Below are positions 23,298-34,204 of a stretch of 64,000 nucleotides of DNA, piece after piece (position 1 is the first letter of the stretch; each line of letters begins with the position of its first letter). A model generated the notes under the pieces. It was not told the origin of the DNA. It searched no databases and worked only from the letters and a program-made list of their open reading frames with translations. Source of the DNA: Nemertoderma westbladi (lineage: Eukaryota > Animalia > Xenacoelomorpha); NCBI GenBank assembly GCA_032718475.1, contig JAUCBJ010009140.1:1-64000 (forward strand), written 5' to 3'. The position numbers and the translations under genes are program-made.

Positions 23298-24552
23298 ATG
23301 TCAATTATTAAGGAATTAGATTTATTTTCTACACAGCCAATACAGACTGAATTTAAAGCAAAGCATTATGAAACAATTTACCCCGTATCTAATCTCCGAA
23401 GTGAATCTAGGGAGGTCACCTTCCTTGTACCCAGATCCAATGAATTCTATACGAAACTGCAAGATGCGTTATTAATTACAAAATGTACAGTACGCTGGGA
23501 TAGACGACTTGAAAACTCTCATATATATATGCTGAATTACCCAGCTGAAACTATGTGGAGTGATATTAAAATAGACCTTAATGAGAAGCAGGTTGAAAAT
23601 AGCAATAACCATTATTTCTACAAGTCGTACTTATCCAATTTATTATTTACAACTTACGAGGATAAAAATGGGCTACTGGGTGCGGGTGGCTTTCATCAGC
23701 CTTTAACAGAACACGGAAATGAAATTGATCCCGGCGCGCATCCTATTGCCGATGCCTTTAGTAAACAAATGCAATTTGTAAGTGGATTGACGATTGATTT
23801 TGATACTGAAACTAAAATAATACAACCTGGGTATGATTTAAGAATGCATTTTAGAAAAGTATCAAATTCGTTTATTTTTAAAATCACTCCAAACGCAAAC
23901 GCTGTGACAAATCTTCGACTAGAATTAGATGAAATAAAAATTCTAATCCCTAGAATGGAGGTTAATCCGGTAATAGAAAGCAGTCACCTAAAAGGTTTAG
24001 AGAGTTACGATATTGAATATCAATTCCAAAAGAAAGAGGTGACTACATTTACTATTCCAGCTCAAACCACAAATTACACTCAAACAAACATATTTGATGG
24101 TAAAAAACCCAAATTAGTTATTATCGGCTTCATAACAAATAACGCTTATTCGGGAGAATTAATTAGCAATCCCTTGAAATTTGAACATTTTAACCTTAGA
24201 CGCGCGGAACTGATTGTAGACGGTCTTCCAGTAGGGGGTGTAATATACGAGCCTAATTTTACAGATGGAACATATATTTTTGAGTATACTCAATTAATGA
24301 AAAACATTAATACATATATTAACGGTTATGGGGGTAATAATATAGACCATGAAACCTACTTAGGTAATTGCCCTCTCCTATCCTGGGACCTAACAGCCGA
24401 CGGCTATGTTAGAGATCTGCAACCCTCGATATATCAGTCAATTAAAATTAAGATTTGCCGAACCGTTGGTTGAAACCATAAATGTAATTGTTTTTAATAT
24501 TTATGATCAATCATTAAGTTTAAATAGCAGGAAAGAAATACATATCGATTAA
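23298..24552 (+). pseudogene. Major capsid protein (double jelly-roll), frameshifted near the C-terminus
   Basis: KELDLFS..PIQT N-terminus, PKLVIIGF..N.AYSG....NPLKFEHFNL; the expected C-terminus LRFAEPLVETINVIVF...HID* is in another frame and ends at 24552, 2 bp before the protease ATG. Confidence 0.9.
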
Positions 24553-24554
24553 GT

Positions 24555-25007
24555 ATGTTATCTACAGAGGACCTTGATATGTTTCCAGTGGGTGGTCACT
24601 ATTTGGGCGCGTTTCCAGCTAATAAATTACCTAAATTAGATAATAATAAGCGGCAGGATTATGGCTTGATAGTAAGTACCGATAGAGAGCATCTGCCCGG
24701 GATTCATTGGATCGCGATATATATACGAGATAATGAGGCCGAAGTATTTGACTCGTTTGGACCAAAATATCCAAACAGATGCATCGAAAAATGGCTTGAG
24801 AAAAATTCCGCAAGGTGGCGTACTACACGCAAACAATTTCAAGACCCAAGGAGGACCACATGCGGTCTATACTGTCTGTATTATTTGGTAAATCGTATTC
24901 ACACAATCTATCCAATGAGGGCGTTTACAAATAATGTGGAAATCAATGAAATTATATTATATAAATGGCTTGTTAATTATTATAAATTAAACCAACATGC
25001 GTTGTAA
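24555..25007 (+). CDS. Adenain-like cysteine maturation protease
   Basis: GIHWIAI (His), FDSFG (Asp), QFQ....TCGLYC (Gln/Cys). Confidence 0.95.
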   Translation: MLSTEDLDMFPVGGHYLGAFPANKLPKLDNNKRQDYGLIVSTDREHLPGIHWIAIYIRDNEAEVFDSFGPKYPNRCIEKWLEKNSARWRTTRKQFQDPRRTTCGLYCLYYLVNRIHTIYPMRAFTNNVEINEIILYKWLVNYYKLNQHAL

Positions 25008-25038
25008 TTAATTATTTAACTTTTGTTTATCAGATAAA

Positions 25039-25642
25039 ATGGATAATATTATTTTTGTTGATTTTCAATATTATAAGATAGACAATAAAGAGTATCCGGT
25101 AGTATTTAAAGAATTTGCTATTTTCGATTCTAATTACACCAAAACTAATATAAAGACGTTTTTAATTAAAGGCCCGTCTAATATTAAATTATCAGCATTA
25201 GATGCAGCCCACGTAAACAATTTACGGGATATGACTTCTCACTTGCCCTGGAACTATGGGGACATTTCGCAAGATGACTTTAAAAAATATATGAAGAGAC
25301 ATTTAAAATATAAAAAAAAACATTCATGTATTTGGGTTGATGAAGCGGGCAATATTAGTTTCCCAACTCGATGTTCACGAGCCAAATTCGGTGGAGAAAT
25401 TGGGAATATATAAGCAATATCACGATTATTTAACGCCTTGTCGATTTCACGACCGATTCACTACAGTGGAAAGTAAATGCACGTTCCACTTAAACATAAG
25501 GGATAACTGTCTGCGATACTGCTCAGCAAAACGTGTTGGGGGGTATGAGGCTCTACACTTTTTGATGAGAAAGCGTTTAACTGCGACTGATGATGATGAT
25601 GATAAACAGAAAGAAATAACTGCGGTGGAAGATGTACTGTAG
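25039..25642 (+). pseudogene. Frameshifted accessory gene, possible DnaQ/DEDD-like fold with C-terminal Cys/His cluster
   Basis: IFVDFQ..VFKEFAI..HLPWNYGDI, then C.FH...C in the overlapping frame; an A-run at ~25312-25320 lies near the frame switch. Confidence 0.5.
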
Positions 25643-26534
25643 GTTTACTCTAAGCATGTAATGTAATGTGATGGGATAATATAATTGTTTTAATGTCAAT
25701 AAAAATAATAAAAACATTAAAATCGATTTTTTTATATCTCAGTTTGACTAAAGGTGTAGGACTTAAGTTTACATACACACACACCGCACCTACCGGTAGC
25801 CGGCGGTTGTATCAGAGTTTAACTACCAGTAGCTAGCTGATTTTACTACATATGCCAACAATGCTAAACTGTAGAACGGCAGAATGGCCCCGACAGCAAC
25901 CACAGAGCTTTAGCGTTACCGGTACCGTACTTACTAATAATAAAATTAAATTAAGTCGACATGTGGGTTCGTGAATACAGCATTAGAGGAGGCCTACCTA
26001 ACAATAGGCCTACTGGTACCGGCACGGTAGCACTCTTGTACCTGTATACTTGGATAGCGCAAGAGCATGCTGGTTTCTTTGATTTAAGGATTAGGCTATT
26101 ACACTTGAATGCTTCCAATTTTCTGTTTACAACTTTAATTGGTCTAATCTACATTACTGCGTGCTACTGTTGCATAGGTAAGCCTATACAGCTATAGTTA
26201 ACTTTATGCGGGGCCCTTTTTCGCATGTTGACCCAATATGGTTTACGGATAGGTAAGGTACACCTTCATTCAGTTAGGCATATAGGCCTAATGACTACTC
26301 CTCAACTGAAAGCTGACTACCTCACAGACACAATAGGTGTAGTTAGGTACCAGTAGCGCTATTGGACCTATAAAATCCCCTCGCACTCTCTGTTACTAAC
26401 TTTCAACATTCACTTTATGTTGTATGCTATACCGTTAACTTTTAGTCAGGAACCCCATCATTCAACCAGTCATATAATGGCTCCACGCGGATACAATAGG
26501 TGTGGCCCGCAGTATACCTAACTAAGCCTATATA

Positions 26535-26790
26535 TGTGCGTATAAAATACTGCAATCCAAATATGGGATCTGGCTGTATATAACAGTATAATAATAATGT
26601 CAGAATGTGACTGTAATCAAGGCACTGGCAGAAAACACCAAAGAACCACATACCGGTAGGGCAGTACAGCAGTAGGGTGTATACATATAACAGTACTGGT
26701 AGGTACAATCAAAACCCAACACCAACCGAAAGGCTACAGGTATACAGTATGTATTAGTTTCTGATATAAACAATAAGACAATAGTTCACA
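26535..26790 (-). repeat. BEL/Pao 3' LTR
   Basis: Identical to 32615-32870. Confidence 0.98.
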
Positions 26791-26806
26791 TACCCCCACG
26801 TCGTAG

Positions 26807-29800
26807 CTAATGGGCTACGAAATAATCAGGTTTCTTAGAGATACGACCACGTGAGGTAATTAAAGGAGATTGGTTACTATCAATAGGGACAGATTCCCTT
26901 TTACCTCGAACCCTTCTATCGATGGAGTCTTCTTGAGTATTATCAACACATATAGGTGACATCTGAGTTTTTTGTTGTTGATCATTACCCCCACGGTTAG
27001 GAACCTTGTAACAATTGTCGACTTCAAGTGGAATAAGTAGATGAACCGCCCGTGTCGTTTTCTTGCCATTCAAAAGTATCTCAGTAGCCCGACATTCGCC
27101 ATCTGGACCAACAAAGAGTTTTATAACCCGGGCTAAAGGCCACCGACCCCGAGGACAGTTGTCTTGATGAACCAACACAAGGTCACCAAGATTCGGTAGA
27201 CGAGAAGGTGATTTCTTAGTACGCCAGTTACGGAGAGAAGCCAAATATTCTGTTGACCAAAGCTTCCAAAACCTGCGGCTGATTTGATCACGGGAGTATA
27301 AACACTGCCGCAATTTATCTGAATCTATAGCAGCGGGATCAATGTCATTGTCATCTTTAGGAGGGATACCATATAAGAAATCACTTGGTGTGATTATGTT
27401 AAAATCATTAGGATCTGAACTAACAGAAGTTAGAGGTCTCAAATTAGCAACCATTTCAACCTCAGCTATGATTGCCTGTAATTGACATTTTGTAAATTTC
27501 TGACCATGTAAGGTTATCTTTAGACACAATCTGACCAGTTTAACCAAACGCTCCCACCATCCTCCCCAGTGAGGAGAACGGGCAGGAATAAATCGCCAAA
27601 CAGTACTATGATGAGGAAATCTCAAGTGTGAGATTTTCTTAAAGGTCTTTGCATTGTCAGAATGAATCTCCACCTCTGTAAATGGGCGAAGCCGGCGAGC
27701 GAATACTTTTCTAAGAGCCAAATGTGTATGAAAAGCTGATCCATCATCACAAAGCTCTAAGTGGATGGCACGAGTTGAAGCGCATGTAGCCAATAAACAT
27801 GGTAATTTATCCCCATCATCGGAACGTAAGTTACCAAAGAAATCAATACCCATACACTGGAATGGAACTAAAGGTTGACAACGAAAAGGTTGTAATAACG
27901 ATTCACTAGCCTTATATGGTAATGCTCGATACCGTTTACATTTATGACATTCATTATGTAGAAGTTTACGAACCAATGAACGCCCACCTGGAATGGAATA
28001 TTTCAGATTAATTTGAGCCAGTGTGGCACTGGCACCTTGATGCATTAGGCTTTCATGAATATGGAGAACAATCAATTTGGTAAGATCACTGCTCTTTGGT
28101 AGTATAATTCTAGGATTCTCTCTAGTGCGGGGTTGGGATTTTAATATCCCATTTTCTATTATTGGGCGGAGTTTATGAATAGGGGATTGTTGAGAGACGC
28201 TTGAGGAAGGGTTTGACTCTAACACCCTAACCTCTACACTGTAAGTTTTACGCTGCTCTATACGAATTAATAAATTCAATGAATGCTGCTTCTCAATGAA
28301 GGTTAATGGTCCAGATATTTTAGAATCAATATGGCGTAGGTTGTTTATATATCTAAATATCCAAGCGAGGATGTGGACAGGCTTCCAAAAGCCTGAATAT
28401 GATTCCAAGCAAATCAAAGACCATTCAGCTAAAGGATGAACCTCTGTTATCATAACAAGTTGGGGAGGGGGTAAAGGTTCTATTGGCCACTCTGAATGTG
28501 GCTTTGTTATAAAATGAGGTCCATGTAGGTATTGCTCACAAGTAGCCAAATGGGAGAGAGAACAGCCCCTTGATGGAATATCAGCCGGATTTAGGTCCGT
28601 TGGTACATAGTGCCAAAATGTAGGATCTGTTACTTTTACTATAGTTTGAACTCGGTTATTGACGAAGATATCACGCTTGTTGGGACCTTTACGAATCCAA
28701 TTTAGCACACAAAGAGCATCAGAAAATAAGTGAATTTGCTTTGGATGGAAAATTTTATTTGTGACATGGTTGGCGAAATTAGCCCCAAGAACTGTTGCCA
28801 TTAATTCAAGTCGTGGAACAGACAATGTTGTTGGTTTAATAGGTGCAGCCCTTGCCTTCCCAAAAAATAAAGTAGGCAAGGAGTTTGGATTTACAATATA
28901 AGCCAAAAATGCGTAAGCCTTTCTTGATGCATCACAGAATATAAACAATTCCGAAATGTTGGATATGTAAACACACCGGGGGAAATAAACATGAATACCA
29001 CAATCTGATGCCCAATTATTCCATAATTTAAGGAGATCAGCAGGCAGAGGATCATCCCAGTTGAGTTTAGATTTCCAGCTAAGTTGAAGGATGATCCTAC
29101 CAAGAAGAGTCCAAGGACATATCAAACCCAGTGGGTCATAAATACGTGCCACAGCCTTTATGACATCTCTGCGACATATAACTGGACCATTAAGAATACT
29201 GGAAGTATCTATATAGAGTGTGTCTGTGGAAGTGTTCCAAGGAAGGCCGAGTATCTTGGTTGGATTATCAACAATGCGAAGGTTCATACCTGCCCTTGAA
29301 AGTAGAGCAGCTGTTTCAGCGATAAACCAACCAGCCCGCTCATAACTATCATCAGAATGAATTACATCATCACAATATAAAGATTCTATAATTTCATCAT
29401 TGAAAGTAGGTGGAGCTTCTGATGAAACATGGAAATGGATAGTCGAATGGAGTAGGAAGGAACTTGAGTTTAAACCAAAGGGAACAAATTTAAATTGATA
29501 ATCACACCCATTCCATCTCAACTTAACCCATTTACGATCATCAGGATGGATAGCAACTTGATGAAATGCTGCTTCAACATCCCCCATAACAACATGAGGG
29601 TGAAGACGAACTCGGAGGATAACGTCAACCAATGAGGTTAACAAATTGGGTCCTGGGTCTAAACAAGAGTTTAAAGTAACTCCATTGTAGTCTCTAGCAG
29701 AACCATTGAAGACAATACGGTATTTATTGGAGGAATATACCAAATGGTGAGGGAGAAAAAAACCTTCATGGCTATCGGAAGTGGCTGGTTCAATAATGCC

Positions 29801-32167
29801 ATCCGAAATAAGTTTACGCAATTTCTCGCCATAAACATTTTTCTCATTAATGTTAAGTCTGGAAAACACCTTCGGCTGAATTGCAGATACAGAAGGGAAG
29901 TTACTGGAGGGCCGTTGTATGCCTTTAAAAGGCAAACGGACTTGGTAATGAGGGAATTCTTCTTGGGAAACTACTGGTGGTGGGTAAGGAGTACAATCTA
30001 CATCTTGTTCTTTTACCCCAACTGCCTCTAAATTCCATAACTGTTCAATCGAGTTATCAGGGATTTCTGAAATATACATTGATGGGGAAATATCCGTAGG
30101 AAGAGAGGGATTAGAGCGATAAGGCCCCGAAAAAACGTTACCAAAAAATGTACTGACAACAGTGGGGCTATTTGGAAATTTATGTACCGAGTCAGTTACA
30201 GACCATATGTTGTCTGCTCCTATAATAATTGAAATATCGCGATTACCACCATTAAAGTTGTCAGCCCATTCACCTAAATGTGATACAGACTGAGGGAGTG
30301 AATATAACTTTTCCTGTTTCATAGTTGGACAAAGCTTATCTGCCGTCCAGGCAGATAAAGTTACAAAATCTTGAGAGAATTGGCTGAATAAATTGAAAGT
30401 GACTAAATTTGATTGATTAGTTTGTACTATATTACCAAATGAGCCAGTGGACATTACTCGGGATTCAATAATGGGTAAGTCTAATTCAGTAGCCAAGTCA
30501 GTTCGAATGTATGAACGTTTTGAACCATCGTCCAAATACACATGAATCCAGTAGCCACCATGGTTATTATCTGGTGGAACTATAAAAGCCATTGCCAACT
30601 TTACAAACACTGAATAGTTTTCAGCCTGGGTTGGGGTATCTGAAACAATAGAGTTATTAGGATTATTGGAAACTCCCCAGGAAGTTGAGGTCGGACCCCA
30701 ATGAAAATGAGGTGGCTGACTAGAAGCCTCCCTGGAATTTAGTACAGCTGGAGGACCCCCATGGGACTGAGGTGGTGAAATGGATGGAACTGTAGGTATA
30801 CATGGCAGAACTGCAGAAGTAGTTGTATGGGAAGAGGGTTTATGCACTGGGGTTGATCCTTGAGCTAACTCACGGGACCTTTTAAAACACAATAAAGTAT
30901 TATGTCTTTTCCCACAGGAGTAGCATCCAGTTGAGGATTTGCAGTCCTTGGTACCATGATTGCCAAGACAGTTTGTACAAATATTACTAAGCCTAAGAAT
31001 TTTAAGCCGTTCCTCGATTTGCTTAGATAGAAAAACAGAACAGTCCTTAAACCGATGAATTGGTTTAGTATGGCAAAATATGCAAGCATTTGACTTTGGG
31101 GTTGACTCATGCACAACAAAAGACCCTGTAGCTGCATGTGATTTGGAATTTGTTGTAGGGAATTTCGGTCCTATTGAAGTTCTAACCACTTGGGTTGATG
31201 CATATGGTTTAGAAGTAAACTCAACCGATTCCCTTGACTCCAACTCCTTACGAATGAATTCTAGCAATAAATCTAGGTTAAACCGATCAGAAGAATGATT
31301 GCGATTCCATACCATAACTAGATCAGAAGGAAGTTTTTGCAGAAGAAGTGGAGCCAAAAGGAGAGAAGTTAAATCAGTAGAAGTAGAAGGTTCCTCTCTT
31401 GTTGGTTCCTCCTGAATTTCAACTGAAAGTTGGCGTATTTCACTTAGCGAACTTTCAAAAGCATCCATAGTCCGCCTAAATACCTTTAAATCATTATCAC
31501 GCATGGGTGGTAAGGAACAAAGTTGTGAGGCATACATTCCAATTAGTAAGTGGGGGTTACCGTACCTATTTTTAAGTTTATTAACTGCGTTGGAATAATT
31601 TGCTGCAGAGGCTGGCAAACCTGAAATTGCCTCCTTTGCCTCTCCCTCCAAACAGCTGCGTAAATGAATAAATTTCTTTATATCAGAGAGACCTGGTCTA
31701 TCGTGGATTATTGCTTTAAATTGGTCCCAAAACGGGCGCCACTGTAGGTACTGACCACTAAAACTTGGGAGTTTAATTTTGGGAATATCGCGGTCCATTT
31801 CACCAGGGCTAGAGGAGGCATCTGAATTTGATGGGTGTGAAACTAAAGCATTAATATTATTTTCCAACCGAGCCAACAGACGGCGGGATTTATAAATAAC
31901 ACAATCTATGTCGCGGTCATATTGGGATACAACAGGATCTTGATAACCTAGGGAAATAAGTTCAGAGTCCAGCTCATTCAACAATTGCCGTTGACGATCT
32001 AATAGTTCTATTTGGTAGGCAAGATCATCAGAATTTATACCGGTCTCAGGGGTTCTACGTAATTTTTCTAAATCATTTATAAGGCGAGTAGCATTTTTCC
32101 TTTCTTGGCTTCGCCTCTTTTTAAAATCTTTAATTCCCCCAGTCTCATCTTCATCATCGCTAGTCAT
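26807..32167 (-). CDS. BEL/Pao Gag-Pol polyprotein (1786 aa)
   Basis: PKIKLPSFSG..W..FWDQF Gag, three Cys/His knuckles, YLDDGS protease, RT (LPHH, DVEAAFHQV, YCDD), Pao RNase H (YDPLG, FCDAS, VPRLEL, NPADIPSRG), integrase (GIDFFG, SDNA, WGGWWERLV). Confidence 0.97.
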   Translation of the reverse strand: MTSDDEDETGGIKDFKKRRSQERKNATRLINDLEKLRRTPETGINSDDLAYQIELLDRQRQLLNELDSELISLGYQDPVVSQYDRDIDCVIYKSRRLLARLENNINALVSHPSNSDASSSPGEMDRDIPKIKLPSFSGQYLQWRPFWDQFKAIIHDRPGLSDIKKFIHLRSCLEGEAKEAISGLPASAANYSNAVNKLKNRYGNPHLLIGMYASQLCSLPPMRDNDLKVFRRTMDAFESSLSEIRQLSVEIQEEPTREEPSTSTDLTSLLLAPLLLQKLPSDLVMVWNRNHSSDRFNLDLLLEFIRKELESRESVEFTSKPYASTQVVRTSIGPKFPTTNSKSHAATGSFVVHESTPKSNACIFCHTKPIHRFKDCSVFLSKQIEERLKILRLSNICTNCLGNHGTKDCKSSTGCYSCGKRHNTLLCFKRSRELAQGSTPVHKPSSHTTTSAVLPCIPTVPSISPPQSHGGPPAVLNSREASSQPPHFHWGPTSTSWGVSNNPNNSIVSDTPTQAENYSVFVKLAMAFIVPPDNNHGGYWIHVYLDDGSKRSYIRTDLATELDLPIIESRVMSTGSFGNIVQTNQSNLVTFNLFSQFSQDFVTLSAWTADKLCPTMKQEKLYSLPQSVSHLGEWADNFNGGNRDISIIIGADNIWSVTDSVHKFPNSPTVVSTFFGNVFSGPYRSNPSLPTDISPSMYISEIPDNSIEQLWNLEAVGVKEQDVDCTPYPPPVVSQEEFPHYQVRLPFKGIQRPSSNFPSVSAIQPKVFSRLNINEKNVYGEKLRKLISDGIIEPATSDSHEGFFLPHHLVYSSNKYRIVFNGSARDYNGVTLNSCLDPGPNLLTSLVDVILRVRLHPHVVMGDVEAAFHQVAIHPDDRKWVKLRWNGCDYQFKFVPFGLNSSSFLLHSTIHFHVSSEAPPTFNDEIIESLYCDDVIHSDDSYERAGWFIAETAALLSRAGMNLRIVDNPTKILGLPWNTSTDTLYIDTSSILNGPVICRRDVIKAVARIYDPLGLICPWTLLGRIILQLSWKSKLNWDDPLPADLLKLWNNWASDCGIHVYFPRCVYISNISELFIFCDASRKAYAFLAYIVNPNSLPTLFFGKARAAPIKPTTLSVPRLELMATVLGANFANHVTNKIFHPKQIHLFSDALCVLNWIRKGPNKRDIFVNNRVQTIVKVTDPTFWHYVPTDLNPADIPSRGCSLSHLATCEQYLHGPHFITKPHSEWPIEPLPPPQLVMITEVHPLAEWSLICLESYSGFWKPVHILAWIFRYINNLRHIDSKISGPLTFIEKQHSLNLLIRIEQRKTYSVEVRVLESNPSSSVSQQSPIHKLRPIIENGILKSQPRTRENPRIILPKSSDLTKLIVLHIHESLMHQGASATLAQINLKYSIPGGRSLVRKLLHNECHKCKRYRALPYKASESLLQPFRCQPLVPFQCMGIDFFGNLRSDDGDKLPCLLATCASTRAIHLELCDDGSAFHTHLALRKVFARRLRPFTEVEIHSDNAKTFKKISHLRFPHHSTVWRFIPARSPHWGGWWERLVKLVRLCLKITLHGQKFTKCQLQAIIAEVEMVANLRPLTSVSSDPNDFNIITPSDFLYGIPPKDDNDIDPAAIDSDKLRQCLYSRDQISRRFWKLWSTEYLASLRNWRTKKSPSRLPNLGDLVLVHQDNCPRGRWPLARVIKLFVGPDGECRATEILLNGKKTTRAVHLLIPLEVDNCYKVPNRGGNDQQQKTQMSPICVDNTQEDSIDRRVRGKRESVPIDSNQSPLITSRGRISKKPDYFVAH

Positions 32168-32614
32168 ACTGAATGCTGGAATGGGGTTTTAGCAACTGAA
32201 ATCTAAAGGAAAATACTGATCCAGTTGCTTGAAATAGGATAGGCCCTAGCAGTAGGCCTACCTCTGTACCGGGAGATCGGTACCGGTACTGCAGTACTGA
32301 TACAGCAGTTGGTTATTCTCAGCGATACCCAACTGTACTGCTGTACAGCGCTGTGGCGGTAGAAATAAAACAAGAAGTACCGAAAAAGTACCGGATACCC
32401 GGAATTCCACACAACAGTCTGATCTGCTGATATCGGTAATGAGTCTGTAAGTATGGTAGTAGGTTAGAGAGCAGTCCCGGTACCGGTAAACCGGTATGTA
32501 GGCCTAATGCAGTAATAAAAGCCCAAAGGTGGTGGTAGAATACAGTTTGTTAGGGCCGCGCCCTTCAGCACAATACTGCAATATGTGTATAATATAATAT
32601 CCGGTTCGAAGAAA

Positions 32615-32870
32615 TGTGCGTATAAAATACTGCAATCCAAATATGGGATCTGGCTGTATATAACAGTATAATAATAATGTCAGAATGTGACTGTAATCAA
32701 GGCACTGGCAGAAAACACCAAAGAACCACATACCGGTAGGGCAGTACAGCAGTAGGGTGTATACATATAACAGTACTGGTAGGTACAATCAAAACCCAAC
32801 ACCAACCGAAAGGCTACAGGTATACAGTATGTATTAGTTTCTGATATAAACAATAAGACAATAGTTCACA
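32615..32870 (-). repeat. BEL/Pao 5' LTR
   Basis: Identical to 26535-26790; adjacent PBS. Confidence 0.98.
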
Positions 32871-33095
32871 ATATAAAATCCACCCCATTCTCTGTTACTA
32901 ACATTCACTCTATGTTGACGGGGGCCTATATAAAACATAGTTAATTTATTTATGTATTCGCTTTTTTTTTTTTTAATTATATATAAAATAGATTCGGTCT
33001 ACTAAGTTTTATAAGCAACAATAACTGATAGGCCTAACAATAACAATAACAATAACAACAACCCTAAATTTATTACTGTATTACCGGTATACTTT

Positions 33096-33518
33096 TTATA
33101 GTCCTATATGCGGGTCCCTCTGTAGAGTTTCCTCCCTTGCCGGTACCTGTAAATGGTTGTTTATAGGCTGGCTAACTTCTACCGGTCTTTGTGTTGGTAT
33201 ATTGAAGTGAAGCGAGTCATCAACATCATTCTCCCAATTTTCGCAAGAGGGTGAGCTTCCCGATATTCGCGATGGTTGTATTTTTATAACAAGCGAGAAA
33301 TCTTTTGAAATTTCAAGCGTTGTAGGCGATAAATGTAGACCACCTACTTGACCTACTCCATATTCCATCGAAGTAAACCCGATCTCAAATTTTTTGTTTA
33401 TATATCGCAACTCCATCTCAGCAATATTGGATGCTGTGAGATATGTTTCGTCGCTTGATTGCAATTCGATTTTGATACAACTCTTCAACTCACGGTTATT
33501 GAAAAAGGCGAATGTCAT
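33096..33518 (-). CDS. Polinton hypothetical protein (140 aa)
   Basis: ATG ORF on the pPolB strand inside the element; no motif recognised. Confidence 0.55.
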   Translation of the reverse strand: MTFAFFNNRELKSCIKIELQSSDETYLTASNIAEMELRYINKKFEIGFTSMEYGVGQVGGLHLSPTTLEISKDFSLVIKIQPSRISGSSPSCENWENDVDDSLHFNIPTQRPVEVSQPINNHLQVPAREETLQRDPHIGL

Positions 33519-33629
33519 GTTCGTATTGAGGTAAGTTATCGTTGTCGTAGTAACTAGGCACCGGAAAGAGTATCTTTAAATTGAATAGGTAGGCCTACTG
33601 ATATTTTTTTCTTCTTTTGTTTAACAAAA

Positions 33630-33857
33630 TTATAGTTCACTGTCAGAAAAATTGAGATTATATATATTTTTGTAGAGGGTCGCAGATGTGTACATTACAA
33701 AATTCTCATAGTTAACAAAATGCATAACATAAACCTTTCCCATGCGGATTAGCGATATATGCTCTGATCGTTGTTCTATTCTGAATGTAGGGAGATGCAT
33801 AGCGGATGTTTTAATGATATGTACCGGTATACAGACTAATAACAGATAGGATGGCAT
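33630..33857 (-). CDS. Small hypothetical protein (75 aa)
   Basis: ATG ORF co-oriented with its neighbours; no motif recognised. Confidence 0.3.
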   Translation of the reverse strand: MPSYLLLVCIPVHIIKTSAMHLPTFRIEQRSEHISLIRMGKVYVMHFVNYENFVMYTSATLYKNIYNLNFSDSEL

Positions 33858-34204
33858 CGTCTTTGACTATGAATACCAGCACATATCCCTAATCTTTTCT
33901 CACCGAGCTTAGCGTTGCCTGCTGTACACACGCACACTCATAAGTAACAGATGCGCTATTGTGGCTCACTCGTGAGCAACAATGCCAAGTTAGCTAGCCG
34001 CGGCTGCTGAGTATACTATGCCTACTTGAGTGTTACAAGAAACAATCGCTCTACTGAAGTTAATTTCCCTCCTCAAACTAGTTGTTGATTTTAAAAAAAT
34101 ATTCATAAATTTCTTCTCCCTTCAATTTAATATATATATTTTACAGTAAAAATCTCCACCACCACAAACAGCAACAACAACAATAAATTTCACTCGTACC
34201 TGTA

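Larger units (their letters stand above)
26535..32870 (-). mobile_element. Intact BEL/Pao LTR retrotransposon nested in the Polinton
   Basis: Identical 256-bp TG..CA LTRs (26535-26790, 32615-32870), 5-bp TSD ATATA, PBS-like CTTCGAACCGGAT (tRNA-Tyr-like), G-rich PPT next to the 3' LTR. Confidence 0.98.
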
